Shown: positions 19,069 through 28,397 of the stretch, one piece after another
Layout: every line of letters begins with the position of its first letter
Numbering within the stretch: the first letter of the stretch is position 1
Origin: a phage
Length of the DNA stretch: 64,000 nt
Sequence record: PX880101.1
Direction: 5' to 3' (one strand)
Notes under the pieces: generated by a model
Told to the model about the DNA's origin: nothing
The model's input: only the letters and a program-made list of their open reading frames with translations
The model's database searches: none
Position numbers and translations under genes: made by a program

Positions 19069-19099
19069 GAGTTGTCTCTTGTTCTCTGTGGGTGGAGAA

Positions 19100-19129
19100 A
19101 TCTTACCAAGTGCCTGAGAAGATGTCAAC
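19100..19129 (-). promoter_or_regulatory. sigma70-like promoter for the leftward block
   Basis: On the minus strand: TTGACA (19129-19124), 18-nt spacer, TAAGAT (19105-19100). Confidence 0.45.
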
Positions 19130-19141
19130 CTGAAAAACGTG

Positions 19142-19170
19142 TTGACTTTACTCTAAATCCACGATATAGT
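19142..19170 (+). promoter_or_regulatory. sigma70-like promoter for the rightward replication block
   Basis: TTGACT-17 nt-TATAGT, 40 nt upstream of the first rightward gene; back-to-back with the leftward promoter. Confidence 0.5.
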
Positions 19171-19210
19171 GCACCCATTCAAAAGAAAACTAACATAGGA
19201 GCACTTACTC

Positions 19211-20110
19211 ATGGCAAATCTTAACAGTTTTAGCACCAGGTGGAAACAAGATATCACAACCAATCTCTCAGCAGGTGATATCCTTTCTGCAATTTACGAG
19301 GCTTTGGATGATAAAGCTACTTCAAAATCGGTTTGTACTAATCCGCTAATCCCTGTAGTGATGAAGGTAATTGAGCGGAGGTTGGTATCTGGGTCAGATA
19401 AGTGGACATACCTTGATAATGGAGGGCATACTTACTCCAACGGATATGTTGATATAAAAGTGGAACACGCAGTATCATACCGCCGGAGCGGTTCTGTAAC
19501 TTTCAACTTCTCTGGAGGTTTCCGATCTCTGGCAACTTCACCTTTTGTTTCCTCAGAGGAGAAGTATGAGCTGCCATTTCTTTGGATGATGGCTAACGCG
19601 ACAGGAAAAACCCCCGTTAGCATCCGAGTAAAATACAACTACAACGGATCTAGTAAGATCTATGCCGAGAGTGTCTCAGCAAGTTTTTATTTTGTGATGG
19701 GGGATGGAATCCTCAAACATATAAAGATGTGCGATATGCATGATGTTATAAATGAAGTGACTGATAAGAATGTCCTAGTGAAAGACCTCAATAATTTTTA
19801 TACACCTGGAGACTATTACGTCAACCGCCCACTGTGCATCTTTAATGCCGCACACCCTTTAGGTGAGTATTTGATCGCCAATAGCGATATTGCCAATAAT
19901 CGCTTCGAGGTAGCAAGAGTACAGAATGAGGTGTTGACATCTTGCAAGAGCGGTGATAAGTTTACCGAAGAAGAGATGGGTGTTTTAGAGATGATGGGAT
20001 ATAAGTGTAGCCTTTGGGTAGATGAGGTGTTTAATGACGGCATCTATGGACAGGATATTTACCCACTAAAGAAGTATACTGATTCCAGTTTAATTTACGC
20101 GGAGATTTGA
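19211..20110 (+). CDS. hypothetical protein
   Basis: 299-aa ORF, RBS aggag; first gene after the divergent promoters. Confidence 0.55.
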   Translation: MANLNSFSTRWKQDITTNLSAGDILSAIYEALDDKATSKSVCTNPLIPVVMKVIERRLVSGSDKWTYLDNGGHTYSNGYVDIKVEHAVSYRRSGSVTFNFSGGFRSLATSPFVSSEEKYELPFLWMMANATGKTPVSIRVKYNYNGSSKIYAESVSASFYFVMGDGILKHIKMCDMHDVINEVTDKNVLVKDLNNFYTPGDYYVNRPLCIFNAAHPLGEYLIANSDIANNRFEVARVQNEVLTSCKSGDKFTEEEMGVLEMMGYKCSLWVDEVFNDGIYGQDIYPLKKYTDSSLIYAEI

Positions 20111-20385
20111 CTATGATGAAGTCATGTGGTAGTGTATATTATGTTGGTGAGAATGTTCAGGCAGATAGTGTGTGGAAATCCATTAAGTCCACCACCGATG
20201 ATGCCTTCTTGAGCGGGTTATGTTTCCCCAATCCTGGGGACATTCTCCCTCACCCTGGGGATTTTGTTGTCAACAAGACAGACGGTTATACCGTGTGCCT
20301 GATGGTTGAAAAAATCTTTTTAGACACTAGACACAATCACCGTCTTGTGCTAAAATTTCAAGAATGTAAAATGACAGTTGCCTAA
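20107..20385 (+). CDS. hypothetical protein
   Basis: 92-aa ORF, 4-nt overlap with upstream gene. Confidence 0.45.
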   Translation: MTMMKSCGSVYYVGENVQADSVWKSIKSTTDDAFLSGLCFPNPGDILPHPGDFVVNKTDGYTVCLMVEKIFLDTRHNHRLVLKFQECKMTVA

Positions 20386-20397
20386 GGAGGCCTATCA

Positions 20398-20754
20398 ATG
20401 TCTAAAGTTACTTATCGTGCAGCTATTTACTGCAATGAGCAACCAATCAATAGTGATGGTCACTGCTTTTTTAAAGAAAATCAGTTGGGCTGTATTGCCC
20501 TCCCTGATGAAGGGGAAGGTTATATGATTGCATTGACAGGGTTTGAGCCTGAAGCCTTGGAAGCCAATCTGGACTACCTGGTAGAGAAGGGTGCTGCAGA
20601 CTTGGTTGCCAATGGCCTCTCCATAAGCCTTGAAGAAGTGGAGCGCTTCATGGGCAATTACCGTGTAGTGCGTGAGTTTACTGTCGAGGTGGAAACTCCA
20701 GAGTGGGGTGGTACTGAAACTAATGCCGAAGAAAAAGAAGAGGAGGCAGAATAA
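20398..20754 (+). CDS. acidic hypothetical protein
   Basis: 118 aa, RBS aaggagg; strongly acidic C-terminal tail (EEKEEEAE). Confidence 0.5.
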   Translation: MSKVTYRAAIYCNEQPINSDGHCFFKENQLGCIALPDEGEGYMIALTGFEPEALEANLDYLVEKGAADLVANGLSISLEEVERFMGNYRVVREFTVEVETPEWGGTETNAEEKEEEAE

Positions 20755-21011
20755 TGAAAGTGCAAATCTTAACTAATGCCGAGAAGATGTTTATCGAAGA
20801 TACGCCTTTTGAAACTGGTGAGCTACAGTTTGTATATTTTGTTGACTTAGATAAGGTTTTTCCTGCGCTGAATTTGGGTTTGGAGAAAGTACCTTATAAA
20901 ACTCTATGCCAGGTTGTCCGTGCCTTAGCGGCAGATGGAGAGTTCCACACCTTTGAAGATATCCAGACCTATGGGTATCTTGAACTGCAACGAGAAGAAG
21001 AGGTAGACTGA
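20754..21011 (+). CDS. hypothetical protein
   Basis: 85-aa ORF, RBS gaggagg, start overlaps upstream stop. Confidence 0.5.
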   Translation: MKVQILTNAEKMFIEDTPFETGELQFVYFVDLDKVFPALNLGLEKVPYKTLCQVVRALAADGEFHTFEDIQTYGYLELQREEEVD

Positions 21012-21013
21012 TA

Positions 21014-21394
21014 ATGGCCCAGTGGAAGACAACAGTTGACCTTCATGATCAGTGGTTAGGACGCATAACTGAAGACGGGAAACTGGTAGAGTGGGACAAC
21101 AAACATGTTAGCGAGTTGGCAAGTATTGTGGCTGGCAAGTTACGCTCCAAGTTCCCTGAACAGCTGGATCCTGATAGTTCAAAGTTCGATCCTGAGTTGG
21201 AGGATGTTGTATACTACTTCGATACCGTTGATGACTACGACGCGTGGTTTGCAGCACGGGAGCTTTACCCACAAGGCTCTGCTATGCGCAAGATGGAAGA
21301 AGATTATCCTCCGTGTGAGCAATTCAATAGTGCAATGACTTGCCTCTATGATTGGGCAGATAAGAACCTTGTCTGGATTCGGACTGCATTTTAG
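21014..21394 (+). CDS. hypothetical protein
   Basis: 126-aa ORF, RBS agagg. Confidence 0.5.
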   Translation: MAQWKTTVDLHDQWLGRITEDGKLVEWDNKHVSELASIVAGKLRSKFPEQLDPDSSKFDPELEDVVYYFDTVDDYDAWFAARELYPQGSAMRKMEEDYPPCEQFNSAMTCLYDWADKNLVWIRTAF

Positions 21395-21438
21395 TGGGTA
21401 GGGATGGCGGCAAGGATGCTGCTTAAGGAGCAGTAGAG

Positions 21439-21708
21439 ATGTTATACCAGCAGTACGAACTTCGTGCAGAAAAAGAATTAAATTTTGACAAAGATATTCA
21501 CAGATATTATTATGGGAAAGTTAGAGGGCAAGCAAGAAAGTGTACTCCAACACTCTTTTATGCCAGCAGACGACTAGCGCCAGAAGAGGCAACAGCAGAA
21601 AGGGTTGCATATGGCTGGAGAGTTGCGTATGATATTGACAGATCCGATGTGATGTCTGTTTTGGAAAACTTTGAAAACACTTACACACAAGTAGAGGACT
21701 TTTACTAA
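21439..21708 (+). CDS. hypothetical protein
   Basis: 89-aa ORF, RBS aaggag. Confidence 0.5.
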   Translation: MLYQQYELRAEKELNFDKDIHRYYYGKVRGQARKCTPTLFYASRRLAPEEATAERVAYGWRVAYDIDRSDVMSVLENFENTYTQVEDFY

Positions 21709-22892
21709 TGTCAAGAAACGTATTCGAAAGTGGTCAAATCACTGTCCGCGAGTTGCCAGCTATTATTCAATTTGCCCAGCGTCATAACCGATCTGTCCTG
21801 ATTTTAGGACCGATGGGCGTGGGGAAGAGCCAGGTGATGAAGCAGATTGCTGATAATATGTTCGGTGAGCGAGATGACAACCTGGTTGACGTGCGGTTGT
21901 CAGATAAAGATCCTGCTGACTTATCTGGGCTACCTATCCCTGTAGAGTCGGATGGGACTACACGCACAGTGTTTGCAATTCCAGAATTTTGGCCTGCAGA
22001 TCCGGACTGGAGCGGAATTATCTTTCTAGATGAGCTTACTCATGCAGATAACTACCTGCAGAAGGTTGCAATGCAAATTATGCTCGACCACAAGTGCGGC
22101 ACCTATGCATTTCCTAAGGGCTCTGTTTTTGTAGCTGCAGGTAACCGTGCTACAGACGGTGCTGTTCTTTCGGCGCTCGAAGCTCCTCTAGCTAACCGCT
22201 TTATCATTGTAGAAGTTACAAGCAGTGCAGAGGTGTTTATTGAGGACTATGCATTCCTTAATGGGGTGCACTCCTCGGTAATTGGATATCTGAAAAGAGT
22301 CCCATCAGCCATCGATAATTATGAGGCCATGGCTGAGATTAATTGTCCATCTTTTGCTACACCGCGATCTTGGGTTGCTGCATCTGACATCCTGCACGAT
22401 TTTGACAGCGGTATTATTTCTGACGCTATGACCCGTGTCCTTCTACAAGGTGCAATTGGTCACACTGCAGCGGTAGAAATTTGGACCTACCACACCAAGA
22501 AACGAAACTTGCCAGAAATCGGTCGGATTATGGCAGGAGGCTGCAAAGAATATGTAGGTCCTAAGCAGCCAGACATCTTGTGGATTCTGGGGTCTGAAGG
22601 TTGTATCGCTATTCGTAATATGATGGAAAATGCAAGTATCTCCGACGAAGATCTCGTCAGCTGTGTGGCAAACTTCCTTGATTTCCTTTGGGAAAATTTC
22701 AAGGATGAGAACCGAGACTTTGTATTCTCAGTCTTTATGGCGATGATGAAACCTAACGCCTTAGGAAATGCCTTGCTTATTGGTAAAGGCAGGGACAAGA
22801 TCGTTGCTCAGCTGATCAAAGCATACCCAAACCTGATGAAGATTGTAAAAGAGTTTGGTGAAGAGTTTAGCGCCATTTTAGCTAAAGCTTGA
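21708..22892 (+). CDS. MoxR/AAA_5-like AAA+ ATPase
   Basis: Walker A ILGPMGVGKSQ, Walker B IIFLDELTHA, sensor-1-like AAGNRATDG; 394 aa. Confidence 0.65.
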   Translation: MSRNVFESGQITVRELPAIIQFAQRHNRSVLILGPMGVGKSQVMKQIADNMFGERDDNLVDVRLSDKDPADLSGLPIPVESDGTTRTVFAIPEFWPADPDWSGIIFLDELTHADNYLQKVAMQIMLDHKCGTYAFPKGSVFVAAGNRATDGAVLSALEAPLANRFIIVEVTSSAEVFIEDYAFLNGVHSSVIGYLKRVPSAIDNYEAMAEINCPSFATPRSWVAASDILHDFDSGIISDAMTRVLLQGAIGHTAAVEIWTYHTKKRNLPEIGRIMAGGCKEYVGPKQPDILWILGSEGCIAIRNMMENASISDEDLVSCVANFLDFLWENFKDENRDFVFSVFMAMMKPNALGNALLIGKGRDKIVAQLIKAYPNLMKIVKEFGEEFSAILAKA

Positions 22893-22901
22893 GGAGGTTG
22901 T

Positions 22902-23282
22902 ATGGCTAAAGTAGGTAAGCGGGGAAACTACTTGGTGGTATTGACCGAGGAGCCGGAGAAGGAGTACGAATGCAGCTCCACTTGTGTGATCGATATCCGA
23001 GAAAAAGATGTGGATGAAATCTGGTTTAAAATACTGGACGCTTGCGACAGCAGTGACTATTTCTTCATCTATGTCAACGATAAAGCGGGGTTCTTCCATG
23101 ACGATGGGGAATTACCGTATGAAATCTATGAACTTGTAGAGGCTTGCCATCGTGGAGATGCGGAGTTGTTTGGTCTACGGCTGAAAAGCGGTAAATTCTT
23201 CTATCAAGATGAATGCATGAATCTTCACAACTTCGTAGAGGGGACTTGCAACGATGGAGAGATTTTGGCACACTACGATTAA
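22902..23282 (+). CDS. hypothetical protein
   Basis: 126-aa ORF, RBS gaggagg. Confidence 0.5.
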   Translation: MAKVGKRGNYLVVLTEEPEKEYECSSTCVIDIREKDVDEIWFKILDACDSSDYFFIYVNDKAGFFHDDGELPYEIYELVEACHRGDAELFGLRLKSGKFFYQDECMNLHNFVEGTCNDGEILAHYD

Positions 23283-23295
23283 TTTCTAAGACACA

Positions 23296-23322
23296 CCCCG
23301 CTTCGGCGGGGATTTTCTATTT
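23296..23322 (+). terminator. intrinsic terminator
   Basis: ccccg-cttcgg-cgggg hairpin followed by attttctattt. Confidence 0.6.
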
Positions 23323-23331
23323 GGAGCTATT

Positions 23332-23832
23332 GTGAAAATTAAAATCTTTGCTATTATTTTGAGCGCATTTTTATCGCTGCCTGTTGTTGCAGCACCAAAA
23401 CAAAAAGTATATCACACTTGCAAGCCGTCGGATACTAAGGAAAACATTCTAGCATGCAATATCTACAGGGAGGCTAGAGGGGATGGCACGATGGGTATGC
23501 TGGCATCCGGATTTGCCACACTAAACAGGAAATCTCACCCCAAATACCCAGACACTATAAGAAAGATTGTCTACCAACCTAACCAGTTTTCGTGGACAAA
23601 CCACGGCAAAACTTTTAAGGTGACAGAAAAAGATTCATGGGATCACGCTAAAAGTCTTGCAAAGATGCTTCTAAAGGTCTATAATAACAACCATGTTGCA
23701 TACATGGCTATGGATATAACAGGCGGAGCAACACACTACCATACAACAAAAGTACGACCGAAATGGGCAAAAAAGATGCAGAGGACAGCTCAATTCGGGA
23801 GCCATATCTACTACAAGGAGCGCAATAAATGA
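23332..23832 (+). CDS. secreted cell-wall hydrolase (SleB/Hydrolase_2-like)
   Basis: GTG start; N-terminal signal peptide KIKIFAIILSAFLSLPVVAAP; motifs NIYREARGDG, ATLNRK, NQFSWTN, GGATHYH resemble the SleB cell-wall hydrolase family. Confidence 0.6.
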   Translation: MKIKIFAIILSAFLSLPVVAAPKQKVYHTCKPSDTKENILACNIYREARGDGTMGMLASGFATLNRKSHPKYPDTIRKIVYQPNQFSWTNHGKTFKVTEKDSWDHAKSLAKMLLKVYNNNHVAYMAMDITGGATHYHTTKVRPKWAKKMQRTAQFGSHIYYKERNK

Positions 23833-25811
23833 TTGTAAACAGCAATGAAATTAAAGCGGTGCTAACTGGGAACATGGAGGTCACCAGGGGCTCAATTTCT
23901 CTGAACAAAGAGACTTTTGGGCTAATCATTAAAGGGATTTACGAAGATAAGGTGCTGGCAAGCTGCCGTGAACCAATCTTCAATGCTGTGGACTCCCATG
24001 TTGAGTCTGGACGGGGTGATGTACCGATCATCATTCACTCCCCTACAGACCTTGAACCATACTTCTTTGTGCAGGACGTTGGATTGGGTATGTCAGAAGA
24101 GATGGTCCGCAACACTTTCATGAACCTCGGGGAGTCAACCAAGCGCAACAGCAACGCTCTGGTAGGTAATAAAGGTGTAGGTTCAAAGGCCCCGTTCAGC
24201 ATGGTGGACACTTTCGATGTGATTAGTGTGCACAACGGTGTTGAAAGCACATATCTATTGTTCTTGGATCAGGGTATCCCAAACGTTACCAAGATCCGCG
24301 AGCGGAAGACTGAAGAGCACAACGGGGTAAAAGTTCAGTTCCATGTTAAGAAAGAGCATGTTCTGAAATATCGCACTGCTATTGCGTCATGCCTACGCTA
24401 TGCAAAGTTTCCGTTTACCGTTACCGACCCTATGACCAGTAAGATGCTGGAAGGTGACAAGGTTGAGGCGCAGTATTGCTACGAGAAAGATGGTTGGAAA
24501 ATGACTATCCTGAAAGGTTATACCAGCTCTGATGAGAGCCGTGTTGTGATGGGTCACCAACCTTACCGCTCTAAGTTCCTGGAGACATTGACCGATTACC
24601 CTGCAATCTGCGTGGAAATTCCTATTGGGGATTGCAATATTAACCCTGGGCGTGAATGGACCATAGAGGGCCATGACGACGGTGGATTCCAGGATCGCCT
24701 GGAGGCCTTTGTCAAAGAAGGTATACGTCTTCGCGGGGCAGAAGTTGTTGCAGAACTGGAGACGGCAAAAACCTCCGCAGAAGCACGTGAAATGATGAAG
24801 AATAGTGGGGTGTTCGGACACATCTTCGGCAAAAACTTTATGTGGAACCGTTGGGAAGAAACAGGACTTGGAGACTTAGGCGATTGTGAAATTTTCGCTG
24901 GCGGCTTAAATAAAGGCCGCATAGGCTATGCTCGTTATGGAAAGTCAGAGTTCTTACGGGGAGTCTATTTAGTATTTAACGACGGAGACGGCAAATATAA
25001 CCGAAATAAGTGTAACTACTTAAGCGAGATCACCGGACGCAACGTTTTCTATTGCCGTAACACGGATCTGGTGGAAGAGTTTAAAGAAGCGGCACACCAC
25101 CCGTTCTTTGCAGATACGGTCAAATTGTTATCAGAGCTCCCTCGCCGACCTGTCAAGAAAGGTGAAACAAAAACTCGTTATGAGCCAGGCTATTGGGTTA
25201 AAAAACTTGAGAAGGATGGTTACTTCCGCCGTGAGCGTATTACTAAGGCAGAGTTCCGGAAGATTAAACACTGCATCCCTTATGAGGGTGATATCCAACG
25301 TGGAAGTTGTTGGCTGGGGCAGATGAGTAACATCTACCAGCAAGATTATGACCGTGTACGTGCGGCACTTCAGATTCCTGAAGGTGAAGATCTGTATCTG
25401 GTATCTGAATCTCGTCTGCTTTGGACTGATCCTGATTGCCAGTATGTTACAGAGAAGAATGTGGAGCACCTGTTGAAAGAGGATGCTTGGAAATTCTTAC
25501 TGACCCGTGCAGCAAATGAGACTTCTTATGACAACCTGTATAGACAATTAGGGAAAATTATTCCCATGCAAGATTTTGGAAATTATCGGCCACATTTCCA
25601 CAAGTGGGAAGGTAACACCACGTGGAAGCACAGTGAGCTAAATCATCGTGCCAAAATCTTAATCGCCAACCGAGTTAAGTGCGGGAAGGCCTATATTGCA
25701 AGATTGGAAAAGAAATACCCACTTTTGAAGCATGTAGGCTTGAAATATTGGGACACCCCTGCTATGATTGAATACCGTGAGCTGATTGATACAAAGAATA
25801 ACACCAAATAA
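23829..25811 (+). CDS. GHKL (Bergerat-fold) ATPase-domain protein
   Basis: N-box EPIFNAVD (ExxxNxxD), G1 box QDVGLGM (DxGxG), G2 box GNKGVGSKA (GxxGxG) in canonical order and spacing in the N-terminal 120 aa; no Toprim motif seen. Confidence 0.55.
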   Translation: MIVNSNEIKAVLTGNMEVTRGSISLNKETFGLIIKGIYEDKVLASCREPIFNAVDSHVESGRGDVPIIIHSPTDLEPYFFVQDVGLGMSEEMVRNTFMNLGESTKRNSNALVGNKGVGSKAPFSMVDTFDVISVHNGVESTYLLFLDQGIPNVTKIRERKTEEHNGVKVQFHVKKEHVLKYRTAIASCLRYAKFPFTVTDPMTSKMLEGDKVEAQYCYEKDGWKMTILKGYTSSDESRVVMGHQPYRSKFLETLTDYPAICVEIPIGDCNINPGREWTIEGHDDGGFQDRLEAFVKEGIRLRGAEVVAELETAKTSAEAREMMKNSGVFGHIFGKNFMWNRWEETGLGDLGDCEIFAGGLNKGRIGYARYGKSEFLRGVYLVFNDGDGKYNRNKCNYLSEITGRNVFYCRNTDLVEEFKEAAHHPFFADTVKLLSELPRRPVKKGETKTRYEPGYWVKKLEKDGYFRRERITKAEFRKIKHCIPYEGDIQRGSCWLGQMSNIYQQDYDRVRAALQIPEGEDLYLVSESRLLWTDPDCQYVTEKNVEHLLKEDAWKFLLTRAANETSYDNLYRQLGKIIPMQDFGNYRPHFHKWEGNTTWKHSELNHRAKILIANRVKCGKAYIARLEKKYPLLKHVGLKYWDTPAMIEYRELIDTKNNTK

Positions 25812-25821
25812 GGAGACAGTT

Positions 25822-27027
25822 ATGATTTTCATCTACGAACACTTCAAGACTCGTAAAGAAGCACGCGACCGCCGTGCAGAACTTGAGAAGAAGGGTTTCA
25901 CATGTGCCATTGAGAAAGGCGACACAACCTGGACACTGGCAGTTGGTGCCCCAGAGTTGTTCGATCCTGACCGTGACAGCGTCTGCTACACCCGTGAGGA
26001 TTTTGAAACCCGCGAAGAGGCCCGTTTATTTCGATACGGTCTGGAAGATAACGGTAAGTACGCTATGATCTTAGACTTAGGCGAAGGTTCCGTTAAACGT
26101 TGGGGCGTGGTATACCCACTGTGTGTTGTTCACGGTGTGGGGTTCACTGGGGTGGCAATCAAGTCAGAAGAACCTTTAGTAGAAGTCAAAGACCCGGTGC
26201 TGGAGGTGGTGAGCAGTGTGTCTGAGCAACAGACTCGAAGCATCGAGCCTTTAGTAGTTATTTGTGGGGAACTCCTCCAGATCACCTGCAACGAAGGCAT
26301 TTTTGAAATTCGCCGCAGCGAAAGTGAGGAAGTTTACCAGAAAGTCTTCGACCATATCTCTGTTCAGGAATATGATGAGGCAATTGGTGAAATCCTTGTC
26401 TGGCTGGAACGCAAGAATGAGTTCACCACACTTGCAGACAACCTGATCATGAAAGATGGTAAGCTCTACTACTACGGTGTAGAGATGCGATCCACCATCG
26501 CAAAGAAAATTGAGAAAGATTATGCAGACGGAACACTGGATGACCGCTATGTGAAATTCCTCGTTCGCCTGCTACGCAATCCTTCTGCAAAATCTGTAAA
26601 CATGCTCTACGGTTTTATGCAGGCCAATGATATTCAGATTGCAGAAGATGGTCGAATCATTTGCTACAAAGGGGTTCAGTTTAACGGCAGCAAGTGGGTG
26701 GATTGGCACAGTGGTAAAGTCCCACAATACCAAGGTGCTTTTGTATCCATGCCTCGTAACTTTGTAGAGGATGATCCTGAAGCTGCGTGCTCCTATGGCT
26801 TACACTGCGCCAGCAAAGAGTATGCGAAGAGCTACGGCACTGTAATGACTGTTATGGTTGACCCTGCAGATGTGGTTAGTGTGCCATACCAACACAATAG
26901 CGCTAAGTGCCGTGCATGCCGCTATGAGATTGTGGTAGCTCCGGAAGCACGCAAGGACGGAGACCCGATTGAATACGTGGTTGACCGAGACGGTAACACT
27001 ATCGACATTCTTTACGAGGAGGCGTAA
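25822..27027 (+). CDS. hypothetical protein (possible partner of the GHKL ATPase)
   Basis: ORF is open from 25786, but ATG at 25822 follows RBS aaggaga; 401 aa. Confidence 0.5.
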   Translation: MIFIYEHFKTRKEARDRRAELEKKGFTCAIEKGDTTWTLAVGAPELFDPDRDSVCYTREDFETREEARLFRYGLEDNGKYAMILDLGEGSVKRWGVVYPLCVVHGVGFTGVAIKSEEPLVEVKDPVLEVVSSVSEQQTRSIEPLVVICGELLQITCNEGIFEIRRSESEEVYQKVFDHISVQEYDEAIGEILVWLERKNEFTTLADNLIMKDGKLYYYGVEMRSTIAKKIEKDYADGTLDDRYVKFLVRLLRNPSAKSVNMLYGFMQANDIQIAEDGRIICYKGVQFNGSKWVDWHSGKVPQYQGAFVSMPRNFVEDDPEAACSYGLHCASKEYAKSYGTVMTVMVDPADVVSVPYQHNSAKCRACRYEIVVAPEARKDGDPIEYVVDRDGNTIDILYEEA

Positions 27028-28397
27028 TGGAAAAAGGGCAGTATGATGTAGGCACAGATGCTGCCCTTGTTGCAATCATGAGTGGGGAGAATGTCTTCGT
27101 TTCAGGACCCGCAGGTTGTGGGAAGACGTACCTCATCAACATGATCCAGTCAATGTATGGAGACTCTTGCATAACGGTTGCCCCGACAGGGGTAGCCGCT
27201 TTAAACGTTAATGGAGCAACAGCACACCGAACCTTCGATCTTGCAGCAGGTGTGAGCATGGAGTCTGACTGGACTGCAATAAGGGCAAAAACAGCAAAGC
27301 CTTTGAAAAGCAAGGCATTTACCATCCTAATTATCGATGAAATCTCTATGATCCGTGCTGATAAGTTTATAGAGATGGATAGGAAACTCCGCTTCCTTCG
27401 AAAAAATGACAAACCTTTCGGAGGCATACAGGTCATATTGTTTGGCGATTTTTACCAGGCACCTCCTGTTGTCTCTTCTATGGAGAAGGAGGCCTACTTC
27501 AACTTCTACCACACAGACCTATGTTGCTATACCGAATCTTGGAAAGAGTTGGACCTTCACAACATAGCCCTAATAGACCAGTTCCGACAGGAGTCTATTC
27601 GATTTGCCACAATGCTCAACTGTGTTCGTGAGGGTCGTCGCATAAAAGAGGTTGTAGCAGAACTTAATGCTCGCTGTTACAAAGGCGGTGTACCAACAGA
27701 CGCTCTCACAATTTGCGCCACCAACAAACAAGCAGAGGAAGTGAACAGAAGGTTCTATGATGCCATCAACGCCCCAGAGAAGGTATACACTGGTGAAATG
27801 AAGGGTAAGTTTCCCTCCACCCTGCCAGTTGAGCAGGAGATGAAGTTGAAAATTGGCATGAAAGTTATGATAACCGCCAACGATGTTGACCCGACGCACA
27901 AAGTACCTTATTATGTTAACGGAACACGTGCCACAATTGTTAAATTTAAGAACAAGGCGGTGGTGGTAGAGCTTGAAGATGGAACACAGGTTGACATAGA
28001 GCAGAGGTTGTGGGAAAATAACGAGTATAAGCCATCTCAGAGATACAACATTGCAGAAAGGAAGATGGAGAAGTTTATAGAGAGGGTAGTGATTGGATCA
28101 TACAAGCAACTTCCTCTGAAATCTGGGTACGCCGTAACATCTCATAAAAGTCAAGGACTTACGCTAGATTGTTACAACCTAGACCTTGGAAAGAACGGAG
28201 CTTTCTCTCCTGGGATGACGTATGTCGCTTTGAGTAGAGTTAAGACAATACAAGGAATAAACTTGTTGCGTCCACTAAGAGAGGTTGACATTATTGTTGA
28301 CCCGCGAGTCGTAGAGTTTTACAATACAACATTCCCTGACTTAGACAAAATTGTCAGGAAAGATTTTGAAACCAGAGCAGAAGAGGGGGACGTATGA
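27027..28397 (+). CDS. Dda/RecD-like superfamily-1 DNA helicase
   Basis: Walker A GPAGCGKTYL, Walker B ILIIDEISM, conserved AVTSHKSQGLTLD motif. Confidence 0.7.
   Translation: MEKGQYDVGTDAALVAIMSGENVFVSGPAGCGKTYLINMIQSMYGDSCITVAPTGVAALNVNGATAHRTFDLAAGVSMESDWTAIRAKTAKPLKSKAFTILIIDEISMIRADKFIEMDRKLRFLRKNDKPFGGIQVILFGDFYQAPPVVSSMEKEAYFNFYHTDLCCYTESWKELDLHNIALIDQFRQESIRFATMLNCVREGRRIKEVVAELNARCYKGGVPTDALTICATNKQAEEVNRRFYDAINAPEKVYTGEMKGKFPSTLPVEQEMKLKIGMKVMITANDVDPTHKVPYYVNGTRATIVKFKNKAVVVELEDGTQVDIEQRLWENNEYKPSQRYNIAERKMEKFIERVVIGSYKQLPLKSGYAVTSHKSQGLTLDCYNLDLGKNGAFSPGMTYVALSRVKTIQGINLLRPLREVDIIVDPRVVEFYNTTFPDLDKIVRKDFETRAEEGDV

Noticed and set aside
24393-24922. Minus-strand ORFs inside the GHKL ATPase gene
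   Set aside because: Antisense shadow ORFs without RBS.
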